From positions 1 through 54,603 of the IMG/VR virus record IMGVR_UViG_3300037264_007062: a DNA stretch of 54,603 nt. One strand, given 5' to 3'. A program made the translations under genes and the position numbers. Below are positions 1 through 9,036 of the stretch, piece by piece. The stretch's first letter is position 1, and each line of letters opens with the position of its first letter. The DNA is from a virus. Lineage: Duplodnaviria > Caudoviricetes. The notes beneath the pieces were generated by a model, which saw nothing but the letters and a program-made list of their open reading frames with translations, was not told the origin of the DNA and ran no database searches.

Positions 1-2
1 TA

Positions 3-227
3 AAGAAATTAGAACAGATTAGTCAAGAAAATGGTATTTTATTGACTAAAGTTAATCCGGCCTATACTAGCCAGAAATGTTCTAACTGTGAATCTATACA
101 TAAAAATAACAGAAACAATCAATCATTTTTATGTATAAGTTGTGGATATGAAGAAGATGCAGACTTTAATGCAGCTCTAAATCTATCTACTATGGGCACT
201 TATAGTTCCCACACCACAATAAACTGA
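3..227 (+). mobile_element. tnpB: 3' end of TnpB (IS200/IS605 or IS607 RNA-guided nuclease), truncated by window edge
   Basis: VNPAYTSQKCSNC...FLCISCGYEEDADFNAALNL = TnpB zinc ribbon plus RuvC-III DxNAAxN motif; frame open from nt 3. Confidence 0.9.
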
Positions 228-256
228 ATTTTATATTCTTATATAAATTCAATGAC

Positions 257-337
257 TATGAAAATGATGCAGACTATAATGCTGCACTAAATCTATCCAC
301 TATGGGATCTTATAGTACCCATACAAAACTAAGATGA
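257..337 (+). pseudogene. Second, diverged copy of the last 26 codons of tnpB
   Basis: YENDADYNAALNLSTMGSYSTHTKLR* aligns without gaps to 147-227 (15 mismatches in 81 nt by hand count); no start codon for the fragment. Confidence 0.8.
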
Positions 338-371
338 TTACATCAACAACTATAGAACCCAAAAAAGTGAA

Positions 372-1991
372 ATGATAAAATTCATTGATTTTATGGAAGC
401 CGAATTGATCGGTGGAAGTGAAGCTTTTCCAGAAGCCGAAAGAACTTTTACCGTTAAAGGTGATATTCCTTCAAAAACAGGAATCATTCAGATCAAAGAT
501 GATCTCCATAATGATAATCATATGGTGTTCTATAAAATAAATTCTGTTCCTCCGAACGGAAAATATTTTGCTCTTGTTTCTCCTGGTAATCCTGTCCAAT
601 ATGTTCAGTTTAAAACTGAACATCCTAATACTGGAAAAAGAGAAGAAGGCCGAAAAAGAGTCGATAATGCCGGTGGAATAAAAAAAGACTTAGAAAGAAA
701 ATCCGGTTGGACTAATGATCATATTATTTTCGGAAGTCCGTCGGAACACAACAAAACTAGAGTCGTAAGAGTCCGAATAGATGATATTCTTGAAAAGATG
801 TCTGGTGAAACAAAATCAGATCTTTCAAAATTTGAAATATTAGATCCAGAAAATAAAGAAATATACAGAAAAACATTTAAAGTATTGCACAATCTTATTG
901 CAGATGATAAAAAAGCCTTAGATAAACTCCAATCTGAAGATAAGAAAAAAGTATTTTACAGATTCATTAATGAAAAAATGAAAACCAAAGGCGGGCTTCT
1001 AGAAAGAACACAACTTGTTTCTGTACCGTCTAAAAGTGAAATACTTAAAGCTTTGACTGAAGAATTTGGAAAAACAATAATTTGGACCCAAGCCAAAGAT
1101 GTTATAAATAAAGTATTTAAGGAATTATTTAATAAACTTGTTATAACTCCGATTGGATCAACTGATCATCAAACGACAGAAATACCAGATGATTTCTGGA
1201 CTGGTAAAGATCAGGGATTAGAAACAAACAGAAGTTATTTTATCGCATCAAATATTATCGGAAAAGATAAAATATACAGATCCTTAGAACCAGTTTCAAG
1301 TTGGTACGAACGGGAAAAAATTCACCAAAAAGAATCTGTATTGAATTCATTTGAATTGATTAAATTTGAACAATATCTTAACGAAAACAAAGATTTAGAT
1401 CAGCAATTGATAAATGCATCTATTAACGGCAATCTTGCTCTTGTTAAGACATTAATAAAACAAGGGGCTGATATTCATGCTGATAATGATGATGCTTTAA
1501 GATGGGCTAGTTACAATGGTCATTTAGAAGTCATTAAATATTTGATAAGTAAAGGTGTTGATATTAATGCTTATAATGATAAGGCTTTAAAAGTTGCTAG
1601 TTCTTTAGGTCATTTAGAAGTAGTTAAATATCTTATAAGTCAAGGCGCCGATATACATGCCTATAATGATGGAGCTTTAATATGGGCTAGTTATTGGGGT
1701 CGTTTAGAAGTAGTTAAATATCTTATAAGTCAAGGTGCTAATATTCATGCTGAAAATGATGAGACTTTAAGATTAGCTAGTTATTATGGTCATTTAAAAA
1801 TAGTTAAATATCTTATAAGTAAGGGTGCTGATATACCTAAATTAATGGATATACCTGAAGATGTACAAGAAATAGCTATAAAGAATGATGTTGGAAATAT
1901 AAAGAATATTAAGAATTTAAGAGCTGATCTTAAAGAAAAATATAAACATCTATTTAAAGGATCAGAATTCGGATTATTTAACGATGATTAA
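372..1991 (+). CDS. Unknown ~328 aa domain fused to an ankyrin-repeat module (module begins at 1356)
   Basis: Internal LIKFEQYLNENKDLDQQL, 5 ANK repeats and GSEFGLFNDD tail match the stand-alone ANK genes. Confidence 0.85.
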   Translation: MIKFIDFMEAELIGGSEAFPEAERTFTVKGDIPSKTGIIQIKDDLHNDNHMVFYKINSVPPNGKYFALVSPGNPVQYVQFKTEHPNTGKREEGRKRVDNAGGIKKDLERKSGWTNDHIIFGSPSEHNKTRVVRVRIDDILEKMSGETKSDLSKFEILDPENKEIYRKTFKVLHNLIADDKKALDKLQSEDKKKVFYRFINEKMKTKGGLLERTQLVSVPSKSEILKALTEEFGKTIIWTQAKDVINKVFKELFNKLVITPIGSTDHQTTEIPDDFWTGKDQGLETNRSYFIASNIIGKDKIYRSLEPVSSWYEREKIHQKESVLNSFELIKFEQYLNENKDLDQQLINASINGNLALVKTLIKQGADIHADNDDALRWASYNGHLEVIKYLISKGVDINAYNDKALKVASSLGHLEVVKYLISQGADIHAYNDGALIWASYWGRLEVVKYLISQGANIHAENDETLRLASYYGHLKIVKYLISKGADIPKLMDIPEDVQEIAIKNDVGNIKNIKNLRADLKEKYKHLFKGSEFGLFNDD

Positions 1992-3367
1992 ATTTTAAGA
2001 TCTTTGATCGGCCACAAGTATTTTCCATTAAAACACGCCATACAGTAATTTTTATTTTCTGGAGCGCATTCAAGCAATCCTTTTTCAGATATAAATCCGA
2101 TAGAGTCGGCCCCTATTTTCTCACATATTTCTTGTTCATTCATATTCGAAGCTATAAGTTCATTTTTATCTGGAGTATCAATTCCGTAAAAACACGGATT
2201 TTTCCAAGGCGGAGCTGTAAGTCTGAAATGTACTTGAGTCGCACCCGCTTTTCTGATTATTGTAGTAATCTTCATAGCTGTGGTTCCTCGAACAATCGAA
2301 TCATCTATAACCACCACTCTCTTACCCTCTAAATCAGAGCTGACCGGATTCAATTTGATCTTTACTCCGAAATGACGAATACTCTCTTCGGGTTCAATAA
2401 AAGTCCGACCTACATAATGATTTCTTATTAATCCAGGCTTATATGGTATACCGCTTTCTTCGGAATAACCAATAGCCGCAGGATTAGCTGAATCTGGAAC
2501 AGAAATAACAATATCGGCTTCAGCCGGACATTCCAGAGCCAATTTCCGACCTAAATTATAACGAATATGCTGTACTGTTTTACCGTCAGCTCTACTATCT
2601 GGTCTTGAGAAATAAATATATTCGAATATGCAAAACTTTTCTTTTTTATGAGGAAAAGGAAACTCCGATCTGAATCCTTTATCATCAATAACAATCATTT
2701 CTCCATGTTTTAATTCTTTTATGAATTCAGCATCCACAATATCCAATGCACAAGATTCTGAAGCTACAATAAAAGCGTCTCCCAGTTTCCCGATACAAAG
2801 AGGTCTTATTCCGTAAGGATCTTTAAGAGCATAAATCTTATCTTCATGTAAAAGTACTAACGAATAAGCGCCTTTTAACCGACTAGAAGACAAAACTAAT
2901 GATTCCTCAAAATTATCGGTCGCAGACTGAGCGATCATATGAAGAATAACTTCAGAATCAGTAGAACTCTGAAAAATGGAACCCCTGTTTTCCATTTCCT
3001 TTCTTAATTCTGAATAATTTATAATATTACCGTTATGAGCGACAGCTATATTCCCGTTCTTATACTTCGCCATCAACGGCTGAACGTTAGAAAGATGATT
3101 GGCCCCGGTTGTTGAATAACGAACATGCCCTATGGCACTATGACCCCCGAGTCTCTTCAGAATGCTCTCAGAGAACACATCCGCCACAAGCCCTTGTCCT
3201 TTATGATAATAATGATTTGTTCCGTCAGATGAAACTATACCAGCACTTTCTTGGCCTCTATGTTGAAGAGCATAAAGACCAATATAAGCTATAGTCGAAG
3301 CTTCAGGATGACCGAATACTCCGATAATCCCGCATTCTTCGTGTGGTTTGTCTGTTAAATAATCCAT
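1988..3367 (-). CDS. purF: Amidophosphoribosyltransferase
   Basis: Propeptide then CGIIG catalytic Cys, LQHRGQESAG, GHVRYST, PRPP loop VVVIDDSIVRGTT, CFYGID and CMAC Fe-S ligands. Confidence 0.97.
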   Translation of the reverse strand: MDYLTDKPHEECGIIGVFGHPEASTIAYIGLYALQHRGQESAGIVSSDGTNHYYHKGQGLVADVFSESILKRLGGHSAIGHVRYSTTGANHLSNVQPLMAKYKNGNIAVAHNGNIINYSELRKEMENRGSIFQSSTDSEVILHMIAQSATDNFEESLVLSSSRLKGAYSLVLLHEDKIYALKDPYGIRPLCIGKLGDAFIVASESCALDIVDAEFIKELKHGEMIVIDDKGFRSEFPFPHKKEKFCIFEYIYFSRPDSRADGKTVQHIRYNLGRKLALECPAEADIVISVPDSANPAAIGYSEESGIPYKPGLIRNHYVGRTFIEPEESIRHFGVKIKLNPVSSDLEGKRVVVIDDSIVRGTTAMKITTIIRKAGATQVHFRLTAPPWKNPCFYGIDTPDKNELIASNMNEQEICEKIGADSIGFISEKGLLECAPENKNYCMACFNGKYLWPIKDLKI

Positions 3368-3371
3368 GAAA

Positions 3372-4772
3372 TCACAGAGCTGAATTCATTTTGTCAATTA
3401 TTTCTGTAACACTCAAAACCCTCTTAAATAATCTTATATTATCAATCTGACCTTTGAAAGGCACATAAGCCGTATCAGAAAACTCGGTATCATCACCGAT
3501 TCTGAATGATCCGTCTGTAGAAACTACAGAACTGAAATCTGTAGTATTTCTTCTTCTTTCTGCAACTAAAACACCGTCTGTATAAAGCCGAAGCCATTGT
3601 CCATCCCAAGTAAGAGCCAAATTAACCCATGTTCCGTCTGTAGGAATAGGATTTGCCGAAGTCGTCCAGAAAAACTCCCCATCATTAATCATGGCTCTAG
3701 GCTTGTTATCCGGAGAGAGTCTTATGGCATAAGGAGAATTCCCAGTTGTACCTTCTCCTTCTTTAGCAATAATGTTCTTAGGACTCACCGTAGATGTTTC
3801 TGTGGTTCTTACATCAAGCATCAATGTAATCTTAGCCTTGAGATCCAAGGTATCTGAATCCTCAACATCTACGTTGTCATCGATTCCGTCAAAAGCAAGA
3901 GCATTAGAAAAATTACCGGAAACCCATATCGCGCCGTTTACAGTTCCGTTATTGTTGTTTCCAGAAATATCATCAGCCGCAAATCCTGAACCTTCATCTA
4001 AAGGCCAAGCTCCGACCAAATCAAGATCTGGCGTCGGAGTAGGCGAAGGCGTAGCTGTAGGTGAAACAGTAGGCGTTGGAGAAGGCGAAATGGTCGGTGT
4101 AGGCGTGAGTGAAGCCGTAGGGGTCGGCGTAGGAACACTGAAAACAATAATCAAACTCGGTTTGTAAACATCTGGTCCGTGATTTCCAGGGAAAAAAGAT
4201 ATTCTGTCTGAAACAGCATCATTATTAATAGCTGTCTCAAATTGCAATTTAAACTGAGTCAACCCTGTTTTATTGATCGCGTCGATACCAGCTTGATTAA
4301 GAGCTGAAAAAACAGTATGACCAGTATAGTCTGGAATAGAAACTACAGAAATTTGATTTACTGTTGAAGATGCTTGAAAATCTTGTATTTCCAAGTCTTC
4401 GTCTCCATACGTTCCAGTATTGATATGAAGATATAAATTTCCAAAATCAGTTATATCATTTTCAAGACCGCCTCTTGTAAGACTAATCTGAGCCGAAGAA
4501 ATAACCGCATTGGCTCCTAACACGCTAGTATCAAAGGAGAGAATACTGATCGCTTGACTGTTAATACCGCCTTGATTTCCTGAATCGGAACCATTATCTC
4601 CGACAAGAAGACCAGATCTTCCAGTTCCAGAATTAGATTTAGCGACACCGATATTGGTAACGCTATCCCCTTTAACCCAACCGTCTTTCTGACCGTCAGA
4701 AATAACAGTGACGGTATCAGCTAAGACTGTCATTTGACAACAAAGAATCAAAAGAATTAATGCTTTTTTCAT
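3372..4772 (-). CDS. Secreted protein: signal peptide, beta-rich domain, Pro/Thr linker, LamG/concanavalin-like domain
   Basis: MKKALILLILCCQMTVLA signal; PTPTPT linker; LVGAWPLDEGSG...ALAFDG...F.GQIDNIRLF LamG-like motifs. Confidence 0.8.
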   Translation of the reverse strand: MKKALILLILCCQMTVLADTVTVISDGQKDGWVKGDSVTNIGVAKSNSGTGRSGLLVGDNGSDSGNQGGINSQAISILSFDTSVLGANAVISSAQISLTRGGLENDITDFGNLYLHINTGTYGDEDLEIQDFQASSTVNQISVVSIPDYTGHTVFSALNQAGIDAINKTGLTQFKLQFETAINNDAVSDRISFFPGNHGPDVYKPSLIIVFSVPTPTPTASLTPTPTISPSPTPTVSPTATPSPTPTPDLDLVGAWPLDEGSGFAADDISGNNNNGTVNGAIWVSGNFSNALAFDGIDDNVDVEDSDTLDLKAKITLMLDVRTTETSTVSPKNIIAKEGEGTTGNSPYAIRLSPDNKPRAMINDGEFFWTTSANPIPTDGTWVNLALTWDGQWLRLYTDGVLVAERRRNTTDFSSVVSTDGSFRIGDDTEFSDTAYVPFKGQIDNIRLFKRVLSVTEIIDKMNSAL

Positions 4773-4785
4773 TTTTCTTTCCATT

Positions 4786-5361
4786 TCAATCGAAATCAGT
4801 TCTGTTTAAATATTCTTGCTCTAATAAAGAGCCAGCAAAAACTCCAAAAGAAGATATTGGAGATAACCCGACAAGACTAATATTATGATTAAATTCATAT
4901 CTGTTGTGGTATCTTACAGATAAACACGACAAATCTTCAGATATATTTACAGAATATGAATCTATCTCTCCGAAATTAACATATTCTTCCATCAAATCTG
5001 ACACCGATCTACGAATAGATTCTAGAGTACTTTCACACAACGCTTCATAAAAATATGAATAAACTCGTGATGAAAAATTGTGAATTATTTCAGGAACAAG
5101 ATAATAATCAAAAAATTCATAAGATTTACGTTCTGAATAATATTCTACTATTAATTCAAATAGACTTGATTCTTGGTTAATATGACAACTTAATGGAAGA
5201 CGGAATAAGAAACTAAATGACGATGATAATTCTGTTATCAATCTTTCTACATCTGGTTTTTCTGTACAAGAATCATAATGTGATATGATTCTTCTGTGTC
5301 GTCCAAACCATCCACGCACAATGTCATTAATTGCAATTGCTTCTAATTCAGGAAATGGCAT
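4786..5361 (-). CDS. Hypothetical protein; C-terminal half weakly resembles the tail-sheath C-terminal domain
   Basis: 191 aa ORF; IRRSVSDLMEEYVNFGEIDSYSV resembles sheath FVRLADNILTDVRDNRGVFNYII. Confidence 0.5.
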   Translation of the reverse strand: MPFPELEAIAINDIVRGWFGRHRRIISHYDSCTEKPDVERLITELSSSFSFLFRLPLSCHINQESSLFELIVEYYSERKSYEFFDYYLVPEIIHNFSSRVYSYFYEALCESTLESIRRSVSDLMEEYVNFGEIDSYSVNISEDLSCLSVRYHNRYEFNHNISLVGLSPISSFGVFAGSLLEQEYLNRTDFD

Positions 5362-5411
5362 ACAAACATATAATATGTCATCGATGATTAATCTAACACA
5401 CTGTGTTGCGA

Positions 5412-5711
5412 TTATTTGCCTTTAGCTGTTTTTTCGATGTCCCTTATTTCGATATCTCTTCCAGCCTTAGCGGCTTTTACAATATTACTCCGACCTTCGG
5501 CTCCGACGCCTTTTTTTCTAGCCGCTTTCCATAAAACAGAAGCCGCTACAGCCGATGGATCTTTAGCTCCGTATCTTTTGACTCTGGCCTCTATTTCCTT
5601 AAACATCTTCTTTTCAGCCAAAACCATCAATTCTTCTGAATCTTTAGGTTGAAGTCCGTTAATAAAAGCTTCAGATTCTAAATACGTATTAAAATTAAAA
5701 ACCATGTTCAC
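5412..5711 (-). CDS. Small basic hypothetical protein with CTS-like N-terminus
   Basis: GGAG RBS upstream; begins M(NM)VFNFNTYLESE. Confidence 0.7.
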   Translation of the reverse strand: MNMVFNFNTYLESEAFINGLQPKDSEELMVLAEKKMFKEIEARVKRYGAKDPSAVAASVLWKAARKKGVGAEGRSNIVKAAKAGRDIEIRDIEKTAKGK

Positions 5712-5749
5712 ATCTCCTTAAATTAAGATAAACAATAGCACAATTTTAT

Positions 5750-6508
5750 TTACGTATTTTCATCATTTTTCTTATTGATTTTTTCTTCAAGATTCTTTTT
5801 AACATCTTCCCACGGAATTAATTCTACTTTTCCAGAATCTATATCTTTAATACTCTGTTTGATTTCTTCAAAAAAAATTTTAGAATCTGAAGGACTGCCA
5901 TAAAAACTAATATCCCAAAAAAATGTGTCTAAAACATCCAAAAGACTAAAATAAAAATTTCCCTTAGAAATTTCTTTATATTCATCTTTATTCCAAGAAT
6001 ATACGAGCAACTCTTCGTTTAACTCGATCGGAACGTCTTTATATTTGCCCAAATGAGTCCCAGATAATGAATATGTTTCATTTTTACCTTTACCATGAAA
6101 TCCTGCAGACATATCAATTTCGATCTTTCCTTCAAAATCACTGATTTCTTCACAACGATCAATGAAAAGTTTTTCTATCTTCTCTTCTTCAGGATCATCA
6201 TCCTCGACCGGAGGTTCTTCATCAATCTGATTCAGCCATTCATCAATATTTACGCAATGACTATACTGAGCTATAAACATCTTTAATGTTTCATCTTTTT
6301 TTACAATATTGCAGAAATCACGAAGCGTAACTCCTTCTTCGATTTCACATGATTGCCGTAAAAGATAAAATATACTGTCTTTTTCACTGTCATAAAGATC
6401 AAAAAAAGTCTGACCTTCTTCTTTTTCTTCATCATAAGACCAGTATTTTATCTTGAGACCTTCTTTAGAAATAATCACACGTTCTATACTTTTACGATTT
6501 TTTGACAT
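5750..6508 (-). CDS. Acidic hypothetical protein
   Basis: 252 aa ORF, co-oriented with neighbours. Confidence 0.7.
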   Translation of the reverse strand: MSKNRKSIERVIISKEGLKIKYWSYDEEKEEGQTFFDLYDSEKDSIFYLLRQSCEIEEGVTLRDFCNIVKKDETLKMFIAQYSHCVNIDEWLNQIDEEPPVEDDDPEEEKIEKLFIDRCEEISDFEGKIEIDMSAGFHGKGKNETYSLSGTHLGKYKDVPIELNEELLVYSWNKDEYKEISKGNFYFSLLDVLDTFFWDISFYGSPSDSKIFFEEIKQSIKDIDSGKVELIPWEDVKKNLEEKINKKNDENT

Positions 6509-6510
6509 TT

Positions 6511-6726
6511 TTACGATTTCTCCATAAGTCTGAATCCGAAATATTCTTCGAAATCAATTGTTCTTCTGTCTTTAAGAAAATTCTTCGCTTCTAATTTAGA
6601 ACAGTTTAATGTCTGTGCCATTTCTTTATATGTACTAAAATACAGAAATTTTCCGTCTTCACCTTTTATTCGCACGATATACTTTTTAGGCGCGTCAAGT
6701 GTGTCACTAGGAACTCGCTCAAACAT
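6511..6726 (-). CDS. Small putative DNA-binding protein (NUMOD1/HTH-like)
   Basis: FSTYKEMAQTLNCS pattern; AAGGAG RBS before ATG at 6726. Confidence 0.5.
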   Translation of the reverse strand: MFERVPSDTLDAPKKYIVRIKGEDGKFLYFSTYKEMAQTLNCSKLEAKNFLKDRRTIDFEEYFGFRLMEKS

Positions 6727-6751
6727 AGAATTTACTCCTTCCTTAAAAAAC

Positions 6752-6777
6752 AACGCTCCTGGAAAATCAGGAGCGTT
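6752..6777. terminator. Stem-loop, probable intrinsic terminator
   Basis: AACGCTCCTG-gaaaat-CAGGAGCGTT perfect 10-bp stem near A/T tracts. Confidence 0.6.
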
Positions 6778-6851
6778 TTACACCTGCATTTATCCAGAAT
6801 TCATTCATGTTTGTTTTTTTTAACGATAATTACAAATTTCATCTTCACTAT

Positions 6852-6859
6852 TATAAATA
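6852..6859 (+). promoter_or_regulatory. T4-type late promoter TATAAATA
   Basis: Exact T4 gp55 consensus just upstream of ORF 6882; gp55 homolog in window. Confidence 0.65.
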
Positions 6860-6881
6860 AGTCAGAAATTATTTTTTACAA

Positions 6882-7727
6882 ATGAAAATGATAAGATTCG
6901 AAGAATACATCCTCAATGAGAATATCACAGAATTTGTGAAAGAAAAAATAATTCATACAGAAAAAAAAATATCTTTTGCAAATATCGATTCGATCAAAAA
7001 AGAACTCGCGTTCTTCAGTAAAAACAAAAAACAAACAGACATCCAAGACTCTGGAATATTTAACGTAATCATTACTCTGGATAAAACAGTAAAAAGCAAA
7101 AATCCGGGCCAACTTAAAAAAACAACAGAACTAAGAGGCTTGATTAAAATTGACATCTACAAGCAAACAGAACACAAATTTACCATGACTTTAGAATATA
7201 TCCGGAATCCTATGTCTGGATATTTCAAACTTGAAATTCCTAAAACTAGCCCAGGCTGGCCTGATAAAGACCAATTCAAAAAAATATTCTACTATTCTCA
7301 AATTATCAAAGAAATAAACAACTCTGAATGGCTTAAATCTATTCTTGATGAGACTCAAAAATACATAGAACAAATGAAATCTCATCCTGATATCCAGAAA
7401 TTAACCCAGATGAAACAAAACTCATCAACAAGAAGACAAATAGAATATCTTTTACAATATTCCTACGGTGAAGAATTCAACAGTCTAGAAGGCAAAGAAA
7501 AATTAAAATTCATTCTAGACAAACATCCAAGATACATAAAATTCATCAAAGAACCATCTGTTGAGTTAAAAAAATCAGTAATTAAAAAAACGTTTAATGC
7601 TATAAAAAATAAATGGTTCCCTCTTACTGATGAAATTCTCAAATATGCCTATAAAATACATAAAGAAAAGTTTAAAAACTCTGATGATCCAGACTTGATC
7701 CGAATATCGAATGAAATGAATCAGTAA
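6882..7727 (+). CDS. Hypothetical protein, CTS-like N-terminus, DUF4116-like C-terminal repeat
   Basis: MIRFEEYILNE start; YIKFIKEPSVELKKSVIKK. Confidence 0.7.
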   Translation: MKMIRFEEYILNENITEFVKEKIIHTEKKISFANIDSIKKELAFFSKNKKQTDIQDSGIFNVIITLDKTVKSKNPGQLKKTTELRGLIKIDIYKQTEHKFTMTLEYIRNPMSGYFKLEIPKTSPGWPDKDQFKKIFYYSQIIKEINNSEWLKSILDETQKYIEQMKSHPDIQKLTQMKQNSSTRRQIEYLLQYSYGEEFNSLEGKEKLKFILDKHPRYIKFIKEPSVELKKSVIKKTFNAIKNKWFPLTDEILKYAYKIHKEKFKNSDDPDLIRISNEMNQ

Positions 7728-7892
7728 ATGAAATTTTTTGACTATATAAAGAAACTTAAATCGGATAAAAATAAAAAAGATTTTTATAAAGATCTTCCGA
7801 TCAATTTTGACGCGAACATTGATGACAAATTCATTCCGATTTATCCAGGATTTTCACAACCTGAAGGCGGAACAATGAGAGGCGCAGAATAA
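7728..7892 (+). CDS. 54 aa small protein not in ORF track
   Basis: ATG directly after upstream stop; MKFFDYIKKLK...GGTMRGAE*; fills the intergenic gap. Confidence 0.55.
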   Translation: MKFFDYIKKLKSDKNKKDFYKDLPINFDANIDDKFIPIYPGFSQPEGGTMRGAE

Positions 7893-7945
7893 ATTTTTTT
7901 AAAAATAATTTGATAAAAAATATATATAATTTTAAGGCGGGCACT

Positions 7946-8170
7946 ATGAATTTCAAAGAATATCTCATATCAGAAGCTAAAAAGAAAAAAAAGAGAAAAA
8001 AATATTCTCAACATGGCTATTATCCATGGGGATTTTATGGCGGAGGATTCACGAGTATCGGAAACTACGGATCCGGAGACTCCGGAGGCGGAGGAATGGG
8101 TACGGGTGACGGTGGTAATGGATCAGATGGCGGAAACGGCGGAGGTGATGGAGGAGGCGGAGGAGAATAA
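7946..8170 (+). CDS. Small Lys-rich then Gly-rich protein with CTS-like N-terminus
   Basis: MNFKEYLISE start after AAGGCGG; poly-Lys stretch and Gly/Asp tail. Confidence 0.7.
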   Translation: MNFKEYLISEAKKKKKRKKYSQHGYYPWGFYGGGFTSIGNYGSGDSGGGGMGTGDGGNGSDGGNGGGDGGGGGE

Positions 8171-8201
8171 TTTTTAATTTAATTTAAATGGAGCGATAAA
8201 A

Positions 8202-8579
8202 ATGAAAAACTTTCATTATTGGATGATTTCTGAATCTCTGAAACACAAAAATGCTGAAATCTATTTTGAGAACATAATCTCATTCAGAACAGAAAATGAA
8301 AACATCGGAACTCTTCCTGGAAAGAAAATATACACTGTCGTTGGAAATGATGAAGAAACAAATATTGTAACCCTCCGTGATGACGAAGGCAAAGAATATG
8401 CCTTTGAACACGATGTATTAGCTAAAGCTATGCTTGAAGATTCTACACTTTCTGGCTTCCAGGTACTTCAGTATCCACTTGGATATGTTCTTGCGAGTTC
8501 TTCAACTGAATTGTCAAATCTTTCAATTTATGATCCTAGATTAAAAGATCCATATAAGAAAAACAAAAAAGATAAATAA
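8202..8579 (+). CDS. Hypothetical protein, CTS-like N-terminus
   Basis: GGAG RBS; MKNFHYWMISE. Confidence 0.7.
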   Translation: MKNFHYWMISESLKHKNAEIYFENIISFRTENENIGTLPGKKIYTVVGNDEETNIVTLRDDEGKEYAFEHDVLAKAMLEDSTLSGFQVLQYPLGYVLASSSTELSNLSIYDPRLKDPYKKNKKDK

Positions 8580-8721
8580 TTAATTATTTTCCAAGTAAAA
8601 ATTATAAATCTATTCATTGATTCATAAATCAATGAATAACAGATTTGTTTGTTGTTTTATATAAAAATATCATAAAAACACAAGTTGACTTGATAAATAT
8701 AGTTTAGAAGGAGATGTTAAA

Positions 8722-8952
8722 ATGGACATTTTAAAAAGATTCAGAGATCGCGAGTCTTGGCTGATGATTTTAGGAAACGGAATAGGATTAGCCGTACTTT
8801 TCGGACTTATTGATTCTGACACCGGAAATGAATTAAAAGAAAAAGGATCTGAAACTATAGGTCTGGCCTTTATGCTCATGACCAACGTAGGTTTCATGAT
8901 TTCTAGAGGCATAGCCAAAGCCGGCGGAGCTCCAAGCACAGCCGACATGTAA
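8722..8952 (+). CDS. Small two-TM membrane protein (holin-like)
   Basis: AAGGAG RBS; basic N-terminus then two hydrophobic segments. Confidence 0.5.
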   Translation: MDILKRFRDRESWLMILGNGIGLAVLFGLIDSDTGNELKEKGSETIGLAFMLMTNVGFMISRGIAKAGGAPSTADM

Positions 8953-8977
8953 AACTAAAAAAATATTAAACTTTTTA

Positions 8978-9009
8978 AAAAACACCCCTGAAAAACCAGG
9001 GGTGTTTTT
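8978..9009. terminator. Intrinsic terminator, possibly bidirectional
   Basis: AAAAACACCCCTG-aaaaac-CAGGGGTGTTTTT. Confidence 0.85.
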
Positions 9010-9036
9010 CTATCTTAAAGAGTCTGGAGAATTTTG

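Noticed and set aside
4029-4135. GC-richer short repeats (GGCGTAGG-like) as a DNA element
   Set aside because: Explained by the Pro/Thr linker codons of the minus-strand gene
8611-8638. 12-bp AT-rich hairpin as an ncRNA
   Set aside because: Real inverted repeat, but short and consistent with an ordinary terminator or operator; nothing else supports an RNA gene
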